Virus record (IMG/VR): IMGVR_UViG_3300032103_000107 | Coordinates: 1-44,245 of that record | DNA: 44,245 nucleotides | Strand: one strand, 5' to 3' | Source of the DNA: a virus | Lineage: Duplodnaviria > Caudoviricetes | Part shown: positions 10,311 to 17,655 of the stretch, one piece after another | How the letters are laid out: each line of letters begins with the position of its first letter | Position numbering within the stretch: the first letter of the stretch is position 1 | The notes under the pieces: model-generated | Databases searched by the model: none | The model's input: the letters and a program-made list of their open reading frames with translations, nothing else | Told to the model about the DNA's origin: nothing | Program-made: the position numbers and the translations under genes

Positions 10311-10809
10311 ATGAAGAAATTCAAAATAAAAAAAAACAAACCATTATTCTTGGGGATTATACCGTTTTGGTATTACTTTCAGAAATAAAATTTCTTTTAG
10401 AGCAAATTTTGATAAATCATGTCTTTATGATTTAAAAAATAGTCATAATTACGACATAAATAAACTATTTGGTTTTTCTACAACCCTTTTTCATCATAAT
10501 CAATCAGCAAGAATTGGATGGAGAAGACATGATGATTTTTCAATAGAAGTCCTTACATATTCATATAATAATAGTAAAAGACTTGATGAAACAATACTTG
10601 GAATTGTAAAACCAAATCAAGTTTTTACATGTACTATAGAAGACACTGAAACACATTACAAATACACTTTTTATACGAAGAATGATTTTAATATTGTTTT
10701 AGATAAAAAGAAAAAGGATAAAGTGCTGTTTAAATATTTACTTTGGCCTTATTTTGGTGGTAATCAAACAGCACCTCATGATATGATAATCTATATTGAA
10801 AGAATTTAA
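10311..10809 (+). pseudogene. Hypothetical protein (~165 aa) with a +1 frameshift near an A9 run; not in the ORF track
   Basis: ATG 10311 reads MKKFKIKK, then the frame from 10342 is open: HYSWGLYRFG...DINKLFGFS...SARIGWR...LWPYFGGNQTAPHDM...ERI*. From memory it resembles a Bacteroidota hypothetical family. Confidence 0.7.
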
Positions 10810-11030
10810 CTTACTATATATTTCTGATCAATTATAACCCTAACATCACCTATTGCTTTTAATTTATCTTCTCCAAAAGTGTTTTTCATAATACTATATA
10901 CATAGTCGGTTTTGAAATAGTCTTGTAATTCCATCAATGTGATTGGTACTGTTAAAATTATATCGTTGGTCGATTCTCTCACAAATTTTACGTCAATTCT
11001 TATTGACTCTTTAGTGTATCTTACAGCCAT
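10806..11030 (-). CDS. Hypothetical protein (74 aa)
   Basis: A-rich leader; converges on and overlaps the stop of the 10311 gene by 4 nt. Confidence 0.7.
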   Translation of the reverse strand: MAVRYTKESIRIDVKFVRESTNDIILTVPITLMELQDYFKTDYVYSIMKNTFGEDKLKAIGDVRVIIDQKYIVS

Positions 11031-11036
11031 TTTTTA

Positions 11037-11171
11037 TTAGTTTAATATAAGTTTAGATATGTGTTTATTATCCTTTTCAATTTGAAGTAAATAATCTGGA
11101 TTAATTTCATGTGTTGGTTCTATAATAACTACTTTCTTATAGAATTTATTCGACAAATGAAGTAAGTCAAC
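11037..11171 (-). pseudogene. 3' remnant of a minus-strand gene (..DLLHLSNKFYKKVVIIEPTHEINPDYLLQIEKDNKHISKLILN*)
   Basis: Its stop lies 6 nt before the ATG of the 10806-11030 gene. Its 5' part is replaced by plus-strand fibre sequence. Confidence 0.5.
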
Positions 11172-11937
11172 AAACTTTAATGCTTTCACTGGCACAACTG
11201 CACCAGCTACTTATTTAACAAAGACTGCATTCAACACATATACAGGTTCAAGTAGTCCAATGAGTACAGCTAATAACGGTTTAACAAGATCAGGTACTAA
11301 TGTAAGACTTGGTGGAACATTAACTGGTAATACTACAATTACAACAGCAACTGGTAGTAGATTAAATATTGCTGGTTGGCCTATGCAATATGCTAGTGAT
11401 TTATCTGCAAATTTTGGTACACGTTCATTAGTAGACAGAGGATATGTTACTGGAATTACTACCACACTCATACCAAAAGTACCTGCTGCAACAAATAACA
11501 ATTTAGCCGTTTGGACTACTGGTGGTGTTTTAAGAGATTCTGGTGTTCCTCTATTATCAATTACTGGTGGTACTGGATTTTATTTTTATACTGATAGAAC
11601 TGCGACAGATAATAATACGACCACAACAGATGTAACATATATTTCTGGTGTTTCAAGTACATTGGACAGTGGAACTTGGTCTATTGATTTTAATGCAATT
11701 GGTGGAAATACATCATCAAATAGAAGTGTTATTATCGGTTTTTACATAGATAATGTACTTCAAGGTGTTGAATGTCAGCTTCAATTAAATGCATCAACAA
11801 ACGCAGTACCATTTACATTAACAAAAGATTTAACACTTACAACAGGTGTACATACATTTCAAATAAGATTTAGACAATCTGGTGGTGGTACAGCCTTTTT
11901 AAGTTATGGATCAATTAGAGCAAGACAAGTAAGATAA
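11161..11937 (+). CDS. C-terminal part of a fibre-family protein, apparently 5'-truncated
   Basis: The frame is open upstream of ATG 11260 and encodes NFNAFTGTTAPATYLTKTAFNTYTG, the internal repeat of the 5097 gene. It also has the ANNGLTRSGTNVRLGGTLTG module. Confidence 0.7.
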   Translation, partial: SKSTNFNAFTGTTAPATYLTKTAFNTYTGSSSPMSTANNGLTRSGTNVRLGGTLTGNTTITTATGSRLNIAGWPMQYASDLSANFGTRSLVDRGYVTGITTTLIPKVPAATNNNLAVWTTGGVLRDSGVPLLSITGGTGFYFYTDRTATDNNTTTTDVTYISGVSSTLDSGTWSIDFNAIGGNTSSNRSVIIGFYIDNVLQGVECQLQLNASTNAVPFTLTKDLTLTTGVHTFQIRFRQSGGGTAFLSYGSIRARQVR

Positions 11938-11944
11938 AATTTAT

Positions 11945-12866
11945 ATGAAACTATTAGGATACATATTGAATGGAAATGTGTTAGGTACTCAAGTAACAAC
12001 TTGGACTAACGATCAACTTAATGGTAATAGACCATTTTTAAGTATAGAAGATAATGATATAATACCAAACCAATACAGTGATATATCTTCAATTACAACA
12101 TGGGGTTCTTTAGGACAAAATGTTGAATCGTGGTATAATGTTAGATCAGAAATACAAAAATTGTTACCTAGTTCATTAACAGGTTTAACTGAAACTGAAT
12201 TGGCAATAGTGTCAGAATACAAATTAGATTTATATTATAGAATATACGATAATATAACTTTTGATGATCAAGTAAATCCTCAGAATCCACCATTTAACTT
12301 AGATTATGATATTATTGGAATGCATAAAAAGAGACATTTCAATAAAGGTGAATTAGGTAAAGTAGAATATTATTCTAATTATAATCCGTCAACAAGTGAA
12401 TATTCAGGATTGTGTGTAGTGGAAGATAGAACATATTATAGATATAATCGAATGTTAAATAGACGTGAGATGGATATTACTTGGTATTATAATGATGGAA
12501 CTAGTGGTGAAACTAAACATACAATAAAATATTATACTACAGAAGAAGCAATACAAGCAGGTGAAGTAAGAAGAAGAAATGTCATATCAACACTAAAAAC
12601 AAATACTGTTGGGCTAATTATGATGACATCTGGTATAACTCAAACACAAGCAGAGAGTTATAGGACTTTTATTTTTAGAACAATATAATAATGCAATATT
12701 TAAATATATTGAAGGTGTAGAATCAGTACTAAAAAATATTATATTAACTGATGTTAATCATAGTTGGTTAAATAATGTTATTCCTAATACTGGTGGATTA
12801 ACTATTAGATTGTATTTATATGATGGAATAAATATTGATTACACAATTAATAACATTGATTTATAA
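11945..12866 (+). CDS. Hypothetical protein (~306 aa if a +1 frameshift at ~12655 is corrected)
   Basis: The track ORF ends at 12688. The +1 frame continues VIGLLFLEQYNNAIFKYIEG...DYTINNIDL* to 12866, 1 nt before the next ATG. Confidence 0.65.
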
Positions 12867-12867
12867 T

Positions 12868-13272
12868 ATGTATCAGAGTAGACAAATATTTTTCATAAAA
12901 AAGGATAGTACACTTCCTAAATTAAAATTTCCTTTAACACAAGCAATCATGGAATATTATGATATTACAGAAGATATGCTTGAAAATTGTGCTGTAACTT
13001 TTTCAATGACTGATGCTGATACTGGTATATATAGAATTGCAAATTCTCCAGCTAATTTAGAGATAAAAGAGGACAGAGCATCAAATCCTGATGAGGTAAA
13101 ATATACCCTAACTTACTGCTTTTCTTTAAAAGATACAAGAAAAGAAGGACATTTTAAAGGTCAATTCCAGATTGACTTTCTTGGCGAAAATTGTGGAAAA
13201 ATAGGGTTTCCAAGTACCCAAATGATAGATATTTACATACAAGATTCAATAACTGTTACCACAGTAGTCTAA
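12868..13272 (+). CDS. Possible BppU-N/Ig-like structural protein (134 aa)
   Basis: ATG 12868 is preferred over the track start at 12835. FFIKKDSTLPKL...VTFSM...DTRKEGHFKGQFQIDF resembles the BppU N-terminal domain. Confidence 0.55.
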   Translation: MYQSRQIFFIKKDSTLPKLKFPLTQAIMEYYDITEDMLENCAVTFSMTDADTGIYRIANSPANLEIKEDRASNPDEVKYTLTYCFSLKDTRKEGHFKGQFQIDFLGENCGKIGFPSTQMIDIYIQDSITVTTVV

Positions 13273-13279
13273 AATTTAG

Positions 13280-13287
13280 TATATTTG
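13280..13287 (+). promoter_or_regulatory. TAnnTTTG Bacteroidota-type -7 promoter element
   Basis: TATATTTG(C) 21 nt upstream of the helicase ATG, at the head of the replication genes. Confidence 0.5.
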
Positions 13288-13308
13288 CTATACCCAAAAT
13301 AACCTAAA

Positions 13309-16300
13309 ATGAGTTTGGATAGTAAATTTATTGTTTTTTGCGAGAAAATACCCGATGCTGACAAATATTACGTCAGATTTCCCTATAATAAGGAACTTGT
13401 AGAGAAAATAAAGGGATTACCACCTAAACAAAGGTCATGGAATCCATCTCAAAAGGTATGGGAAGTTAGCCCTGCAGGATTATTTACCGTTATTTTAGCC
13501 TACCGTAAGTCTGAGCTAATCTTTTTTGATTTCATGGGTGATGATAACAAAAAAGAATTCATCGCTCTAACCCAAAAAGAAGATGAAAAAGCGAAGAAGA
13601 AGGTTTCTGATCTAAAGAAACAGCTTGAAAAGAACGATTTAGCCATTAAGTTTAAAAAGCAGTATGAAGAAAATCCACAGCAATATGCTGATAGGGTTTT
13701 AAAAAATCTCAAAGAGGGCGTTCAGTTATTTAATCATCAAATAGTTGGTGCATTATTTACCGAATATGTTGGTAGTGCATTACTTTCACTTGAGATGGGG
13801 CTTGGTAAAGCCGAGAATGTTAATTCAAAATTATTAACACCCAATGGATGGATAAGAATGGGTGATGTAAAAATTGGCGATCAAGTTATTGGTTCTAATG
13901 GTAAACCATCTAATGTAGTTGGTGTTTATCCACAAGGAGAAAAAGATATATATAGAGTTTGGTTTAATGATGGTTCATTTGTTGAATGTTGTGATGAACA
14001 TCTATGGGCAGTAAATTCTCCAATGAGAATTTGGAGAAGTAAAACTGGTAATAAAAATTTTCCTTACAGAATATTAACGCTTCGCCAGATAATGGATGAG
14101 GGATTGACAATGAAAAATGGTAATAGAAAACACTATATACCAATTGTTGAACCAATTGAATTTAATGAAAAAAAACTTATAATTCATCCATATTTATTAG
14201 GGTCATTGTTAGGTGATGGATCAATAACAACAAAAAACAATGTTATATTTTCTACTGGTGATTATGAAAGTATTGAATTAATAAAGGAAATTTTATATAG
14301 TGGTAATACCATTCAAAGAAATACATCACGCATATATGATTATAATATAACAAGTAAAACAAATAGAAATGAAATAAATCGTGAGTTAAAAAGATTAAAT
14401 TTAAAGGGTTGTAATTCATACACAAAATTTATACCTAATGACTATAAATTTGCTTCAATAGAACAAAGATTGGAATTATTAAGGGGTTTACTTGACACTG
14501 ATGGTCATATTTATAAAGATGGATCACACATTGAAATAACATTAGCATCTAAACAATTAATTGAAGACTTGCAATTTATTGTTCAATCTTTAGGTGGAAT
14601 CGGTAGAATTAAAGAGAAATGGGTCACATATAAAGGTGAACGAAAAATGTATTATAGAATGGGCGTTAAATTACCCCCACAATTTATACCATTTAAATTA
14701 TCTCGTAAGATAGAGAGATATAAGCCTGTAACTAAATACTTACCATCAAGAGCAATTTCAAAAATTGAATATGTTGGTAGGGAAGAAGCTCAATGTATTG
14801 CAGTTGATGCACCAGATCATTTATATGTTACTGATCATTGTATAGTAACGCATAATACGCTTATCTCTATATCTTTTGTAGAGATGAAAGATTTTGATAA
14901 GGTATTCGTTATTACACCCAATAGCTTAAAATTTAATTACTTTAATGAAGTAAAGAAATTTACAAATTCAAAAGCACATATAATAGGTAATAAAAACAAT
15001 GAATATGATATTAAAGAATCAAAGTATATTATCTTCAATTATGAATTTTTCAATAAAAGTAATAGTGATGCTATCGAAAGTAAATTAAAAAAATTAGGGT
15101 TGGATTTTTTACCTAAATGTATAGTAGCAGATGAATGTTTTACATATGACACATTAATAGATACTGATAATGGTAAATTAAAAATTGGTGATATTGTTGA
15201 AAATAAATTGAATGTTAAAATATTATCCTATAATCATAAGTTAAAAAAAATTGAAAGAAAATCAATTAGTCGGTATTTATGTAATGGATATAAAGATATT
15301 GTTAGAGTTAAATTTAATAATGGTGATACTATTGAATGTACTTCTGACCATAAATTTTATTCTTTAACTGAAAATAAATATAAACCAATAAAAGAATTTA
15401 CTTATGGTGAAAAACTATATAGAAAGAAAGAAAAAAATACAAACGAAAGAAATAGATTGTTTGAATTGCAAGAAAATCCTCAAACAAAAAAGAAGCAACC
15501 AAAAGTTTTGCTCAAAAAAATGCTCTGTGAATTATACTTCAAAAGAAAATGTGATCAAATCATTAATTACGAGGAAATTAAACGGAAATTTAGTGGAAAA
15601 GATAAAAAGAAATTGTTTTGTTTGTGGGATAGAATTTTTAATAAGAAGAACGATGAAAAAAAGATTTTGTTCACACAGTTGTTCAGCAATATGGAGAATG
15701 TCTCAGAAACAAATCAAAGAAAAAGTTCACAACAAAGAAACATACAAGAAAATATCGAAAAGTCGAACATTAGCTTTACAGAAGAATCCAGAGTTAAGAG
15801 AAGCAATTTCATTAAGAATGAAAAAACACAATCCAATGTTCAAAATGCAAAATATAGAAAAAATGAGAGAAAAAATTATTGGTCGAACATTTTTATCAAG
15901 AGGTGGAAATGGTCAATTAACAAAACAACAATTAAAACTTTTCTCATCAATATCAGGAATAACATATATGAAAATGGAATATTCAATACCAGTAATACAA
16001 CAATTGAAAGAAATGAATATAAAAATAGACTCACCACCAACACATTACAAAGTGGACATTGGAATTCCATCTCTGAAATTAGCAATAGAGATAGATGGGA
16101 ATACACACAAAACAAAAAAATGGAAGTATTTAGATTATCGAAAAACAGAGATATTGAAATTGTTTGGTTGGAAAGTATTGAGGTTTTGGAATCAGGAAAT
16201 AGACGAAAACTTGGAGAAAGTGGTGGAGAAAATAAAAAAGTTTATGATTTAGAAATTAATGATAATCATAATTATTTCGCTAATAATATTTTAGTGAGTA

Positions 16301-17307
16301 ATTGTCATAAATTAAAAAATACTAAAGCAAACACCTACAAAAACTTTAAGAAGTTATTTAAAAAAGTTGAGCATAAGGTATTCTTATCAGGTACACCAGC
16401 ACCTAATAGAATATACGAATTATACACCACACTAAATCAGATATCACCAATAGAATTTGCAACAAAGAAACATTTTCTTGAGTATTATTGTGGAATGGTT
16501 TTTAATAATGAGATGATGACTTGGGAAACACATAACATGCCTAAGTTAGATGAACTTTATAATAAGCTATCTGCATATACATATAGAAGAAGAAAAGAGG
16601 ATGTTCTTGATTTACCAAAAAAAATGTATCAGAAAATATGCATTGAGATGGATGATAATCAAATAGATGAGTATAGAGAGATTGAAGAAGGTGTGGTTGA
16701 AGAAATTATGTTTGGTAATGTTCATCAAACACAATTAAATCCGTTAACTGTTTTAATTAGGTTAAGACAATTCACTGCCAAACAAAAAATAAAAATGGTA
16801 GCCGAATTGATTGAGAGATTAATAGAAGAAGATGAGAAAGTTGTTGTTGTGGATATGTTTAAACAGAACTTATATGACTTACATAAATTATTTCCAAACA
16901 TTTCAGCAGTACATACTGGTGATCAAACCGTAGAAGAAAGGAATATTATTGTCAGTAAATTTCAAGACTCAAATAGTGATTTAAAACTATTTTTAGGTTC
17001 TGTGCAAACATGTAGTTACGGATTGACCTTGACAGTATCAAATAAAATGTTTATTATTACACTTCCATTTAGTGTTGGAGAATATGATCAGGTAAGCGAT
17101 AGGATTCATCGCATAGGGCAAAATAGCCATGTTACCATATTTATACCCCAATTAATGGGTACAATTGATGAAAAGGTATATGATTTGATTGATAGTAAAA
17201 GAAAAGAAATCTCAAAAGCAATAGATAATGTTGACTTTCAATCTAAGGTTTCTGAGTCAATTTTAAATGATTTAATTGGAAGTTTAAAAAAGAAATATGT
17301 TCGTTAA
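13309..17307 (+). CDS. SNF2-family helicase with N-terminal HARP-like domain and two inteins (1332-aa precursor, ~594 aa spliced)
   Basis: Motif I EMGLGK|T, motif II DE|CH, motif III LSGTP, motif VI QVSDRIHRIGQ; N-terminal RFPYNKELVEKIK...WNPSQKVW. Confidence 0.93.
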   Translation: MSLDSKFIVFCEKIPDADKYYVRFPYNKELVEKIKGLPPKQRSWNPSQKVWEVSPAGLFTVILAYRKSELIFFDFMGDDNKKEFIALTQKEDEKAKKKVSDLKKQLEKNDLAIKFKKQYEENPQQYADRVLKNLKEGVQLFNHQIVGALFTEYVGSALLSLEMGLGKAENVNSKLLTPNGWIRMGDVKIGDQVIGSNGKPSNVVGVYPQGEKDIYRVWFNDGSFVECCDEHLWAVNSPMRIWRSKTGNKNFPYRILTLRQIMDEGLTMKNGNRKHYIPIVEPIEFNEKKLIIHPYLLGSLLGDGSITTKNNVIFSTGDYESIELIKEILYSGNTIQRNTSRIYDYNITSKTNRNEINRELKRLNLKGCNSYTKFIPNDYKFASIEQRLELLRGLLDTDGHIYKDGSHIEITLASKQLIEDLQFIVQSLGGIGRIKEKWVTYKGERKMYYRMGVKLPPQFIPFKLSRKIERYKPVTKYLPSRAISKIEYVGREEAQCIAVDAPDHLYVTDHCIVTHNTLISISFVEMKDFDKVFVITPNSLKFNYFNEVKKFTNSKAHIIGNKNNEYDIKESKYIIFNYEFFNKSNSDAIESKLKKLGLDFLPKCIVADECFTYDTLIDTDNGKLKIGDIVENKLNVKILSYNHKLKKIERKSISRYLCNGYKDIVRVKFNNGDTIECTSDHKFYSLTENKYKPIKEFTYGEKLYRKKEKNTNERNRLFELQENPQTKKKQPKVLLKKMLCELYFKRKCDQIINYEEIKRKFSGKDKKKLFCLWDRIFNKKNDEKKILFTQLFSNMENVSETNQRKSSQQRNIQENIEKSNISFTEESRVKRSNFIKNEKTQSNVQNAKYRKNERKNYWSNIFIKRWKWSINKTTIKTFLINIRNNIYENGIFNTSNTTIERNEYKNRLTTNTLQSGHWNSISEISNRDRWEYTQNKKMEVFRLSKNRDIEIVWLESIEVLESGNRRKLGESGGENKKVYDLEINDNHNYFANNILVSNCHKLKNTKANTYKNFKKLFKKVEHKVFLSGTPAPNRIYELYTTLNQISPIEFATKKHFLEYYCGMVFNNEMMTWETHNMPKLDELYNKLSAYTYRRRKEDVLDLPKKMYQKICIEMDDNQIDEYREIEEGVVEEIMFGNVHQTQLNPLTVLIRLRQFTAKQKIKMVAELIERLIEEDEKVVVVDMFKQNLYDLHKLFPNISAVHTGDQTVEERNIIVSKFQDSNSDLKLFLGSVQTCSYGLTLTVSNKMFIITLPFSVGEYDQVSDRIHRIGQNSHVTIFIPQLMGTIDEKVYDLIDSKRKEISKAIDNVDFQSKVSESILNDLIGSLKKKYVR
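13810..14856 (+). mobile_element. Intein 1 (349 aa, class 3 type) with LAGLIDADG homing endonuclease, in Walker A
   Basis: Starts AENVNSKLLTPNGW and ends IVTHN|T. WCT triplet present (EHLW, AQCIAV, VTHN). LAGLIDADG motifs LLGSLLGDG and LLRGLLDTDG. Confidence 0.92.
15136..16302 (+). mobile_element. Intein 2 (389 aa, class 1) in Walker B, with an out-of-frame endonuclease
   Basis: Starts CFTYDTLIDT; block B IECTSDHKF; block F VYDLEINDNHNYFA; ends LVSN|C. Removing it restores DECH. Confidence 0.92.
15404..16252 (+). CDS. Zn-finger plus Vsr/DUF559-like endonuclease (282 aa), nested in the +1 frame of intein 2
   Basis: Two CxxC...FCSxxC fingers. C-terminal YKVDIGIPSLKLAIEIDGNTH...D..K...LKLFGWKVLRFWNQEI. 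Confidence 0.88.
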   Translation: MVKNYIERKKKIQTKEIDCLNCKKILKQKRSNQKFCSKKCSVNYTSKENVIKSLITRKLNGNLVEKIKRNCFVCGIEFLIRRTMKKRFCSHSCSAIWRMSQKQIKEKVHNKETYKKISKSRTLALQKNPELREAISLRMKKHNPMFKMQNIEKMREKIIGRTFLSRGGNGQLTKQQLKLFSSISGITYMKMEYSIPVIQQLKEMNIKIDSPPTHYKVDIGIPSLKLAIEIDGNTHKTKKWKYLDYRKTEILKLFGWKVLRFWNQEIDENLEKVVEKIKKFMI

Positions 17308-17650
17308 ATCAAAAAAATTTAATAGTATAAGGGATATTTATGCAAATTATTTATTTCATGAATTAAGAAATCTAGTTATACAGGAACAAATATTAATTGA
17401 TTGTTATAATTTTTTAATTGATAAAATTAGAAGAGAAGAAGATTATTTACTCTTTAATATTGATATGAAATATGATAAAAGAGGTGATTGTCTAACATTA
17501 AAAGGTAACAATTTAATATCGTGTTTATGGTTAATAGGTGTTTATCCAAAAAATTCAAATGAATTAAAAGATAGATTAACATATAATTATCAAAATATTG
17601 ATTATATTTATAATCCAAAGAATAAGAAGTTAACTATTGTAAACAAATAG
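17297..17650 (+). CDS. Hypothetical protein (117 aa)
   Basis: Overlaps the helicase stop and ends 5 nt before the polymerase ATG. Confidence 0.75.
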   Translation: MFVKSKKFNSIRDIYANYLFHELRNLVIQEQILIDCYNFLIDKIRREEDYLLFNIDMKYDKRGDCLTLKGNNLISCLWLIGVYPKNSNELKDRLTYNYQNIDYIYNPKNKKLTIVNK

Positions 17651-17655
17651 ATGAT

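Noticed and set aside
15404-16252. Nested nuclease explained as a sequencing frameshift artefact
   Set aside because: Other indels exist in the window, but indels would not leave both frames stop-free for ~280 codons with the helicase frame continuous.
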